DNA of 64,000 nt from Atractiella rhizophila (lineage: Eukaryota), in contig MU271209.1 in assembly GCA_021432655.1 (NCBI GenBank), forward strand, positions 1 to 64,000. The letters are read 5' to 3'. The notes below the pieces were generated by a model, which ran no database searches, was not told where the DNA came from, and worked only from the letters and a program-made list of their open reading frames with translations. Shown piece by piece: positions 39,571 through 50,617 of this stretch (positions are counted from its first letter, which is position 1; each line of letters starts with the position of its first letter). A program made the position numbers and the translations under genes.

Positions 39571-40132
39571 TTATCGCTCGCCGAGTTCCTCTCGAAACCG
39601 GATCAGTTCCACAGCAAACAACTGGCCCCAGCTTGGCAGTGAGAGCGAGCCGTCCGTTTCTTCCAACGCCTCAAGGGCCGCAGGATCCGAACACAGATAC
39701 TCTCGAACTAAATGCTCCACTAAAGAACGTTTCTCCCTCAATGCGTTATGACCTGGATGTGAACGCAATCTCTCATACAGTGCGCAAGCGTCCTGCCCGT
39801 TTCGAGTGCCTTGAATTGCGAAGAATTGGGTACTTCGTGCAGGAAAGCGACAAGCGAGGAGAGCACTGAACAAAAGGATTGAACACATCATCTTTGATGT
39901 ATAGGAACACATACGATAAACAATTTGAGAACTCGAAAACATCAGGTCCGATGGAAATGCTGATAGGGTCACCTCTTGCAGCCCCAGGGTTGAGAATGTG
40001 ATCCCAGTCAATATATGTTGTGGCGCCTCCCGCATCACGACGAGCTTCCCTGCGACGACGAGCATCGGGAGGTGGTGTATTTACTCTCGGTTGAGGCTCA
40101 AAATCTTCCTCGTCGAGATCCTCGTGAACCAT
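39571..40132 (-). CDS. Hypothetical protein, possibly element-derived; 5' end unresolved
   Basis: ORFs 39773-40132 and 39571-40065 with a GTATGT...CAG intron-like stretch between their protein-like parts. Confidence 0.35.
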
Positions 40133-41544
40133 TTCTGCCCATGGTTCGCCAGTTAATGGATCGTCGTCGTTTCTGCGATGCAGAAAATCGGACTCTGAAA
40201 GCGAAATTACGTTTTATTACGTTGTAAGGAGGAATAACGAACCATCACTTCCAACGTCTGAAAGATCATCATCAAAAATATCAACATTCACCGTTGCTCG
40301 TCGGGGCAGAAAGCAGACGCTCCCAGAAATCTCTGCGCCATTGCCAGTCCATTATTTTGTTGTTAAATTCGATCAGTTGGAGAACAGATAAGGAGATGTT
40401 AACAAAGGTTACCACTGACATCGAAACGCTAGGGATTTTATAATCGCACCCTTGTGACCTTGAATGACTATAGCTTCATCTCAGCAGGTAAGACAGAACA
40501 AAGGCAAAGCTTTGTCGTTTATTGCCTTTACAAGGGCTTATCAGTGACAATGGGTCAGCAGTCGAATAACGCCGAACAAGGCACAAGGTCATACAAGGGA
40601 AAGTAACTTAAAATTCAATATCAGTGAAACAACATCACAATAAGACACAATGTGACATAGTACAGCATGACAAGAGTTGATAGCAGCCAGGTACTATCAA
40701 AAGACCACAATGACAGGACACGCATCTCCAACAAATACAAAGAAATTAGGAAAAAATACAGTTCACTGACAGTCAAGGCTCTGCCATGTGAATGAGACAG
40801 GTGAGAATTACTAAGGACTCCAATAACCATAAGAAAAGTCAGACAGAATACTGGGGCACACTTGCCAACTTGAATTCAAGGCAAGTCAGTAAGACAGCAG
40901 CTGTAGGCTTTAGAGATATGTATATTGGGAGCTAATCCCAAGCGGACGCTCTGAAAGCATCATCAAGGAACTCACAGGCTCTTGGGGGATGTGTCACAGC
41001 AACCCTCTCCGTCTCGCCTCTGACAAACTTGCACATCATGATATCGTTTTCAGCCTCAGCAATCTCTCTCCTACACCAACTCTGGGGAACGACCGGGACC
41101 TTATTCGTATCATGTTAGGTTCCGTACGAGACAGACTTGCAGTGAGAATTTGGGATACATGAGATATCTGAGATGTGATGCGCAGCTTCAAATTAGAGTT
41201 TGGAGATCGGAAGTTCGAACCTTCCTCTTAGTCATGAAGGTCTCCTGGCTCAAGGCGAAGGCGAAAGATGGTGTATTATGAGAGTCCGTAATGCGCTATT
41301 GCCTAGAAATACAACAGCGACACCATGCCTTCACTGCGCTAACTACACCACTGCAACCGCAACCGACCGACTCACAGTAAAGAGTAAACGATGAGAACGA
41401 GAGCGAAAACCAACGACAACCGAATCCCAAATAAAATCTGCAAACGTCCTTCCTCAAGGCATAAGCATCATTGCTACCCTCTTGCTCCTACATAATCGTA
41501 ACTCTCATAAGGTCCATTTTTCGAATTGACGGTGAGTGCAGGGC

Positions 41545-42893
41545 TCAGAGGGTCGAGGTTCGTGCTCGCTCTCTTCGAACCTCCCGCGGCAATCTTCTCA
41601 TCGTCCTATCCAATAACCAACCGACGAGGCAAGGGATGTCAGATGATTTATTGGCTCCGAACTTCGGAAAGTAAGGAGGACGTACCCCTTCTACACCATC
41701 TCCTTGAACGGTTAATTTCTCCGCCAACATCTTCATCAACACGAAAGCGGGAGCCAACACAGCAGCCACACTGGCGATGATGATTGAAATGACCTCTATA
41801 GCAGGTTTATAGACCTTCTTGCACTGTTTGCACAAGTAATCGACCAACAACGTCCTTTGAGGCGTCGTTGTATCACCCACATCAGGCATGAGGTCTCTCG
41901 AAGCCACGATTTCGAGTTGAGAAGACAAGGACGTTGCATCCCTGACGAGTTGAGCGACTGCTGGATCCGTATTATCGTCGAACACGGGCCAGCTTCCGCT
42001 TGTAGTTCCGAGGACGACTTGGGTGATTGTATCGGTGTAGGGGATCACGCCGTCGGGGACGCCGGAGATGGTGTTGTGGTGGAACATCTTGACGGAGAGG
42101 ACGGTGGATCCGTTCATGAAGGTGGTCGCGATCTGGTGGGCGGAGTTGGAGACGTTCACGTAAGAGAGTAGGAGATCTTGGATCGCTACTTGTCCGCTGA
42201 TGGCTAGCTGTGTGCGCTCGGAATCGACTACGGTGCAGAGGATGCGGAGGTTGGTGCCGCAATAATAGCAAGTTGCACTATCGGGCAAGGGATTTGTTAA
42301 TGGGGAATGGTTGGAAGATGGAGGAGGCGACGAACGTAGTTGAGGATTCACTATCGAGATGTATCATGATTGATTGCTCATACATCACACACTCAAGCGG
42401 TGTTGCAGTCCAGGTCAGACTGAGGATCGAATAGTCTATCGGTCCTGTCGAGTTCTGACCAAATCCAAGCGGTGTCCAAGGGAATGTGCCTAGATCATCC
42501 CAGAAGGGAGAGACACATCACACAAGTCCCAGGGTAGCAGTAGTAGATGGACGAACCGATAGTCCCCACCTCGCCAACTGCATCATTCTCCACCGGTCGA
42601 GTATAATATGTACTCGCGAACCTCAACTGTGCTGGCTCGCATGCAGCTCGATCCCATTCGGCGGTGGAGTAGGAGAGGCATTGTCGGATCTTAGCTTGCG
42701 TGAAGAAGTTCCAGAGGATGAGACCGATCAGTCCTGTATTCCACGCCAGCAAATGGGACGGATTCAGCATTAATGAGGAAGTGAGAAAGAGAGACAAACC
42801 GAGAAGCCATGCGAGGTAGAGGGCGATGGTTGTCCCAGTCCCGAATAATCTCGTTGGCGTATAAGCCGCTCGTGCCCATCCTGGAAGTCTCAT
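41545..42893 (-). CDS. Hypothetical membrane protein with Cys-containing luminal domain
   Basis: Two N-terminal hydrophobic segments, CYYC, YLCKQC followed by a transmembrane segment. Confidence 0.6.
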
Positions 42894-43461
42894 ATTTTCA
42901 ATCCTTCTCCAATGCCAACGGGAGTGGTCAGGAGTAACAAATTTGTCGCTAGTTGGCTCTGATAAGCTGGAGAACTACTCGCGAGCGTAGTCAGCGAAAG
43001 AAAAATATCGCAATATATCGATATTTGGGGGAGAAAGAAAACGCTCACTTTTATACCGCCTCTGGATTGAGAATGGGAACGAGTCGCCATGAAAACCCAT
43101 GGGTGGGATGTCTGGGCAGACTCCTGGAATATATCCAAACATTGAATGAGAATCCAACGCCCATTCCGCACCGACGGCTTCCAACTGCCGACAGTCGCAA
43201 AGGTGCAAAGTTTGAGATAGACTGAGTGACGTATTGCCAGGTAATGCCATCGAGCACAGGAGTAGTTCACCCTTTCTTGTCCAGTGTGGGTGAGTGGGTG
43301 GGTGATAGAGACAGAATAAGGGAAAGCGCTGCATAATGCAACCTTATCTTGGAGACGGAAAACACGACAAATATAAACAACCGCTCCTCCAAAACTGAGC
43401 TGCTGTTGGTCCTTGATATCACTCAAAGTATCCATAGAGGCTAGTATAGAAGTAAAGCGTC

Positions 43462-44130
43462 ATGGCCACTCAACTGGACTCGTTACCTTGTGCGCAATTC
43501 CTTCTCAATTTTCAGTCCTGCAGAACTGACCTTTTCATGGAAAGACATCGACAACGAGCTCGACCATTCTCCCTCGACGCGCCAACACCTCTCCGCTCTC
43601 ATCTCTCGCGAGCTTTCCAAACAATCCACATCCACCAAGTCGCTGCATCCATCCGTCCCTCTCTCCCACCCTCCAAAATCCAACTTCCCTCTCTGCCCAC
43701 AGAACCCTTAGACCGCTCACGCTACTCCCTACCCTCCCTCCCTTCCGCTCAAGATTCGTTGAACAATGCCTCCTCGCAGCTCGCACACCAGTCCATTCGT
43801 CTTTCTCATTTGGAGATGTTGTCAAAACTTGGAGGCGATAAATGGAAATTGGTCAATTGGGAGTTGGAGAAAGAGGTGGCGAGGTTTGAGGAGGGGAGGG
43901 AGGGGTGGGAGGGGAGGAGAGAGGAAATTAATAGGATGAGGAAGGCGGAACAGGAGAGCACGGGTGTGGTGTTAGAGGAGTTGGAGAGGAGGTGGAGGGA
44001 GGGTTTGAGTAGGGTTGTCATGTTGGATGTGGAAAATGCTAGGTTGGAACAGGAAGTGAGGGCACTGGAGGAGGATGAGAAGGCGGTTAGAGAGAGGTTG
44101 CAGGAGAGAGGCGTGAAACTCGACTTTTAG
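43462..44130 (+). CDS. SPF27: Pre-mRNA splicing factor SPF27/BCAS2
   Basis: LDSLP/DID start split by an intron, LDRSRYSLP, QLAHQSIRLSHLEML, INRMRKAEQ, LEELERRW. Confidence 0.88.
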   Translation: MATQLDSLPCAQFLLNFQSCRTDLFMERHRQRARPFSLDAPTPLRSHLSRAFQTIHIHQVAASIRPSLPPSKIQLPSLPTEPLDRSRYSLPSLPSAQDSLNNASSQLAHQSIRLSHLEMLSKLGGDKWKLVNWELEKEVARFEEGREGWEGRREEINRMRKAEQESTGVVLEELERRWREGLSRVVMLDVENARLEQEVRALEEDEKAVRERLQERGVKLDF

Positions 44131-44759
44131 CTCTCAAGTGGGTCGATTCAAAATTTGCTTCTTTAGACGGACGGGATGGAGAGGTTTGAACTGCGCGGAC
44201 AAGTTATCCTGCAAGTGGAACGGCGCAAATCACCATGAATGCGCTCAAGTGCAACTTGAAGAGATGTCTTTTGACAACGTCCATTTCAGGGGATGGAGAG
44301 AACCAAGGCTTTAGGGTTTGTGTGTCTTGGAAGAGAGCGTGTGTACATAGAAGCTCAAATCATATTGCTTACCGAAAAGTCGAGGAAAACCTCCAAACTG
44401 TGAACCCGGCAACTAGACCGTTTGAAACTGGACCAAGAAGGTTGACCCGTCCGGCCTCCACACCTAATCACGCCTTCTGCTTACAGAGCATGCAGTCCTG
44501 AGGGTCCTCTGCCGTTTCAGCAGTCGGGGAGAAATCCACAACTCCACGCTCATCGATGTTGTCCGCTGTTTGTCCCTTCAAAAAATGCGATAAAGTTATA
44601 GTTTATCGATCCTTTCAATTTTGCGGACGGGCCGATCGATAGCGGCAACGCCCGAGTCGCAGCCGTTTATAAGAAGACGTCTTCCTGACTTGACGAATTT
44701 TTTCGCCCCTCGAATCAGCTCGACATCGACTTAACCCCATCAGAGAGAACATTGCGATC

Positions 44760-44771
44760 ATGGCTTTCTAA
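44760..44771 (+). promoter_or_regulatory. uORF1 (Met-Ala-Phe-stop) in the GCN4 leader
   Basis: ATG GCT TTC TAA, about 90 nt after a TATA-like TATAAG at 44668. Confidence 0.8.
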
Positions 44772-44864
44772 AGCTCGTTGCGTCTTAGGACTCAATAGCG
44801 AATCGATAGATTCCTACCACTCACTTTGAGTGATTTTTTACAGTAACAAACAGTCTTTGCCATC

Positions 44865-44948
44865 ATGGCGTTCCTTCAAGGATGTCTCCTCCAGTCTACA
44901 GGACGGTGTAGAGAAGAAAACACAATTCAAACCACAAACCAATCATAG
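44865..44948 (+). promoter_or_regulatory. uORF2 (27 aa) with nested 9-aa uORF at 44882-44911
   Basis: MAFLQGCLLQSTGRCREENTIQTTNQS-stop; start context CATC-ATG-G. Confidence 0.7.
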
Positions 44949-45163
44949 CTTCTTAGCCTTTGATTTTCTTTTGATTCTTCATTAGAAAACACATTCTCGG
45001 TTCAGATTCCTACTTTATAAAAGCAAAGCAAGAAAAAAAGAATTATCTTATTTCGTTTGAAGTCCACCTGTTGTGAACCCCAATTGTCTCGTTCTACTTG
45101 ACTCCTCTTTAAAGACCTTTTGATTCTTTGATTTTCTAAAATTCCACAAGAAACAAGAAAACA

Positions 45164-46760
45164 ATGGCTTTCCCCTCCGTGCCATCTTTCGACACCTTCG
45201 ACTCCGGACTCGTTTCGAAGCAACAACAACAACAACCACACGATCGACACCAGACAGGAATGGAGAGAGAGAAGAATATGTTCGACATCGACTTTGAGAG
45301 TCTGTATGGAGAACTTGGGAAGGGAAGTGGAGACAGGAATGGAATGGGAGTGAATGGCGATTTCGGTACGTCTGCGATTTTGTGCATCCTTCAATTGTGG
45401 TTGACTCAAACTATGATTCGCTCGATTTGTTGACTCGCGTTGTTTTTATAATCAGATCTCGGAATCGACAACTACTCTACCTCCATCTCTGGATCTGATC
45501 CTGTCCCTGGGTCTCAACATACTCAACAAGTCGGGAACAACGAATTCGAGGATCTGTTCTCCAAGTTTTTCGACTCTTCCAAGGTAGACGATCAATTTTC
45601 TAACATCCTATCCACAAACAACGGTGGCGCCTCCGCACTCGCGTACAGCAGTGCTTTCTCCTCCGTTAACAGCACCAGCCCCGTCTTTGATCCTCTATCT
45701 TCCGGGAATAACGCCCCGTTCGATTTCACTTCCACTGCTCCGATCTTCGATTTCGACTTCAACATGAACGGCACATTTCCCCCGTCCGGGTCCCTTGGTA
45801 CCCTCAGCTCTCCTGACGACGACCTCCTTGTGACGCCGCCGCAGATCATGCAAGGCTTCTCTTCTCCTCACGAAGGCGATATCCCCACCGGAGACTTCTT
45901 CCCCCCACCTCCTACGGCTATGCCGATGAAGTCCTTCGAGCGCGCCTTCGAAATGAAGTCCGAAGTACAAGCATTCAAGAGTGTTCCTCTCCCGGGCACT
46001 GTTATGTCTACTTCATCTGTCGTTGGGAATGGAAATGTCGGAAGGAGGAGCGTGAGGAGGCACACGGTCACGAGGTCTCCGGTCTCCGCAACTCAGGATG
46101 AGTTTGCGATCGAACCAGCCCTGCTCAGTGGGACGAGCGCAAGCAACTCGCCGGTCGAATCCCCATCCCCTGTGGATTATCAAACCTCCTTGCCTCCAAG
46201 GAGGACGAGCACGGCGAGGAGCACGACGATCGAACGTGCTACGAGTGTTCTGCCCAACTTCCAAACTTCGGTCCCTCTCCACGTTAGGACGCCTATTAAC
46301 TTGGATGCGCCGACGCAGCCAAGGTTTGTTCTACCTTTCATGTATCTGTAGTCAGTGATGATGCTGACATGCCTTGACGCTCAGGATGTACATCACCTCT
46401 TCGTCCACGTCGAGGAAGGAGATCCCTGCGTTTGTAGAGAAGCAATTGGCACGGAAGAAGTTCCAGAAGCGTCAAATCACGACGGACACCCTCCGTGCGG
46501 CCGCCTCTGGCACTGCTGATCTGCCTGCTTCCGAAGCTGCGTTGCCGAAGAAGATTTTGGAATCCATCGAGAAGAAGAGGATGCAGAATACCATGGCGGC
46601 GAGGAGAAGTCGATTGAGGAGGGAAGAACAACTTAGGGCGTTGGAGGAGGAAGTGTTGAGGTTGAGGGAGGAGGGTCTGGAGTGGAAGACGCGGTATGAT
46701 GTTGCGAGGAGGTGCTTGGAGAGGTGCGGGAGACAGCAGTGGGTGAAGGATAACGAGTGA
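45164..46760 (+). CDS. GCN4: bZIP transcription factor Gcn4/CpcA
   Basis: Basic region KKRMQNTMAARRSRLRR plus zipper; acidic Phe-rich N-terminus; uORF leader; two introns. Confidence 0.85.
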
Positions 46761-48331
46761 GGAGATGATGTTTGATGGAGAAGGAGGAAAGATAGACGTC
46801 TGTATGGGGTTTTCTTTCTAGAGTTCGGTGGTGGTTGTTTGGTCCGTATTGTTTGTTCGGTTGGAAAGAGTGAGGAAAGGGGAGGAGTTGGAAGAAGGTG
46901 GAGGGGAAAGCCTCAAAAGAACGAGAGCTTTTAATGCTTCGAAACCTTCGTCTTTCACAACATCTTTTCAAGTTTGCTTTATCACAATTTTCAATTTCTT
47001 CTGTGACCTTCCTTTTTGCCTCGGATTCCTTCAGTCGTTGAAGACTCGGAGCAAGAGAAGGAATATATGACTTTACGCTTCTCTTTTCCAGTTGATTGTC
47101 TGCTCCAGTTTGGATAACGGTCTTTACGCGGTTTCTTCTCAAGTCGGTTTGATGTGATGTCTCAAAATACAATTACTTATATGCGCTATCGAATATCAAG
47201 CTCAGTTTCCCCATAATGTTGTCATCCTGTGAACGAGCGCAAGCAACTCGCCGGTCGAATCCCCATCCCCTGTGGATTATCAAACCTCCTTGCCTCCAAG
47301 GAGGACGAGCACGGCGAGGAGCACGACAATCGAACGTGCTACGAGTGTTCTGCCCAACTTCCAAACTTCGGTTCCCCTCCACGTTAGGACGCCTATTAAC
47401 TTGGATGCGCCGACGCAGCCAAGGTTTGTTCTACCTTTCATGTATCTGTAGTCAGTGACGATGCTGACATGTCTTGACGCTCAGGATGTACATCACCTCT
47501 TCGTCCACGTCGAGGAAGGAGATCCCTGCGTTCGTGGAGAAGCAATTGGCACGAAAGAAGTTCCAGAAGCGTCAAATCACGACAGACACCCTCCGTGCGG
47601 CCGCCTCTGGCACTGCCGATCTGCCTGCTTCCGAAGCTGCATTGCCGAAGAAGATTTTGGAATCCATCGAGAAGAAGAGGATGCAGAATACCATGGCGGC
47701 GAGGAGAAGTCGATTGAGGAGGGAAGAACAACTTAGGGCGTTGGAGGAGGAAGTACTGAGGTTGAGGGAGGAGGGTCTTGAGTGGAAGACGCGGTATGAT
47801 GTTGCGAGGAGGTGCCTGGAGAGGTGCGGGAGACAGCAGTGGGTGAAGGATAACGAGTGAGAAGAGGATGCTTGATGGAGAAGGAGGAAAGATAGACGTC
47901 TGTATGGGGTTTTCTTTCTAGAGTTCGGTGGTGGTTGTTTGGTCCGTATTGTTTGTTCGGTTGGAAAGAGTGAGGAAAGGGGAGGAGTTGGAAGAAGATG
48001 GAGGGGAAAGCCTCAAAAGAAAGAGAGCTTTTAATGCTTCGAAACCTTCGTCTTTCACGACATCTTTTCAAGTTTGCTTTATCACAATTTCAATTTCTTC
48101 TGTGACCTTCCTTTTTTGCCTCGGATTCTTTCAGTCCTTGAAGACTCGGAGCAAGAGAAGGAATATATGACTTTACGCTTCTCTTTTCCAGTTGATTGTC
48201 TGCCCCAGTTTGGATAACGGTCTTTACGCGGTTTCTGCTCAAGTCGGTTTGATGTGATGTCTCAAAATACAATTACTTATATGCGCTATCGAATATCAAG
48301 CTCAGTTTCCCCATAATGTTGTCATCCTGTG
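46133..48331. repeat. Tandem duplication, period 1100 nt
   Basis: Copies 46133-47231 and 47233-48331. Confidence 0.95.
47233..47860 (+). pseudogene. 5'-truncated second copy of the GCN4 3' half (bZIP only)
   Basis: Same 128-aa ORF as 46374-46760; no leader or activation domain. Confidence 0.8.
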
Positions 48332-48507
48332 TCGAGGCCAGAAGAAAAAGGCGGGCTGAGATAAACGATAAACGTCGTGACGTCGTGGGCATAGATCACG
48401 TGGATGCTTACGTACGACAAAACGACCAATTCTCCTTTGCCACAATCTTTATCAAAGTTACAACATCGCCATAATCCTCTACAAACTTATAATCTTAATG
48501 CATCCCG

Positions 48508-50195
48508 ATGCGCCTCTCTCCTCGTATCCTCAACGCAACCAAGAGCGCGAACTACGTCTTCCCACATGCGACTTCGTACGTGTCCAAACCCGCAGGATGG
48601 GCCATCCCCAAAGATTCGAAAGGATTCATCAACACTTTGGCGAACGACAACCCGATCGTTAGATGGTATGAGAAGCAGCTAAGGAGTAGTGGAGGGGTGG
48701 CGTTTGAGGGGACGGAGAAGGAGAAACTGAGGAAGAGTGGGGAGGACGCGTTTTTCATGACCAGTATGAAGGATGGCACGGTAAGCCGAGGTTTCTTCCC
48801 AACAGGTGGAATTGGGTGAAGGGAAGTTGAGATCTTGTTCTGGTATGTGTAGGGATTGGCCATGGGCGTTCAGGACGGTGTAGGCGGTTATTCGGATTCG
48901 GGAATCGATGCGAAGGACTATTCGATCGCGCTCGCGTATTATTGTTCACGGTTATTTGCCTCTTTCCGTCTCTATCCACCATCAAATTCGATACATGAAG
49001 ACACCGCTTCTCCCAGCTCTTCCTCCGCCGCTCTGTTGGAAGAGAACCCGCCTCCCGCCTTCGCAGGCTCTTGGCTCCCTCCACTCCCCTCAGGATCGGC
49101 GACCAGTCGAGGGAGTGCTGGTGGTGCAAACGGGAATGGGTTTCGTAGCTATTCTACCTGGTCGCAAGATGAGGGAGGCGAAACAGAGCGAAGTGTAGCC
49201 GTTCTGGACGAAGAAGAGGGAGAGCGGTTCGTGCTTCAACAGGCAGTAACCGAGATGGGGAAGGATGATTCCATATTGGCTGGTATGTTGTTCGTCTATG
49301 GAGAGAAATAAACTCATGCTTAAAAGGCGGCAGGTTTGTTATTTGCCTAGTACTGTTTTCGGCACCTGAATAAGGAATTAGTACGAGCTGTCTTGTCACC
49401 TTGAACTCCAAAACTGCAGCTTTGCGGTCACTTAAGTACGCCCCTCCTTCTCATATATCCTATACCTCCCTGAAAAGAGTATTGGACTCTGACGGGTGTG
49501 AAATAGCCTAGGGGACTCAGGATTCCTTGTCCTCCGCTCCTCCCGCGTCATCTACTCCTCTCCTCCCCTTACCACTGGCTTCAATGCACCTCTGCAACTG
49601 TACAAGGGGCCTTCCTATGGCCAGCGCATGCGAGCATTACAATCCTCCCGACGCTCTCTTCTCAACCAAGGACAGCTACGAAACTTCTTACGCCTCACCG
49701 GTTCTTCCCCCAAGTTAGATCGTTGGGTTCTAAGCCGGGCAGAGAGCAACAAGTTGCAGTTGAAAGCGGGCGATGTGGTGATCGTCTCCACTGACGGATA
49801 CTCGGATAATGTGTGGGAGAAGGAGACGGAGATGATTGTGGAACTCGTGATGAAGGAGAGAGGGGAGTTGGATGATGACACACTGATGAAGAAGCTCGCT
49901 AATGTTCGTTACTCCTCTCTCTGGCATCCTCCCATTGTTCCTTTGTCATTCTGGCTTCCGCTCATAAAGTAATATGTACATGCAGAGCTGCGTTTCGTTC
50001 GCCTCGCAATGCGCGTGGAATGTACGTTTTCTTAGTCTCCTTCCGTTCCTACGATTGAAAAAACTGATCGGGAGTGGACAGCGTACAAAATACACACCTT
50101 TTGAGCACGAAGCCAGACAATACGGAGAGTTGGAGGTGCAGGGTGGAAAGGTGGACGATATCACTGTTCAGTGTGCCCTTGTGGTTGAAAAATAA
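48508..50195 (+). CDS. PTC7: PP2C phosphatase, Ptc7-like
   Basis: GEDAFF, GVQDGVGG, GGST, NLGDSGF, STDGYSDN, GGKVDDIT; basic N-terminal presequence. Confidence 0.88.
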
Positions 50196-50617
50196 TCCGG
50201 CTGCTTTTTGAGTCACTTTACTTCAGGATTTCGACTTTCGCGATGTAGTAATTCGAAGTATTCTATTGGAGTATCTTTATCTCAGTTCTGATGTTCTTCC
50301 TTTGAGCGTTTCATGCTGCAGTTGTGGATTAGTAGCACCCGTGTTCATACCATATCTTCATACTCGGAGTATTCCTGCATTGCATACTCGATTGATAATA
50401 ATCACAATCACGGCACACTGAATGTGCTGTCAGTCACTAAGTTGTGTCCATAAACCATCCGAAAGAGGAATATGCCGAATGGCCAGGTCACGTTCAACCT
50501 CCACGAAAGCGCGTCTTTCCATGTCAAAGGCGAAGGGGCGTCAGCTCATCAAGGCATCGTCACATCAGAAAGCAGAGCATTGACAGCCTAGCAATTCTGT
50601 ACGGCTTTAAACTCACA

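Noticed and set aside
44949..45163. Non-AUG N-terminal extension of GCN4, as in Neurospora cpc-1
   Set aside because: In-frame TAA at 45137 and no evident leader intron.
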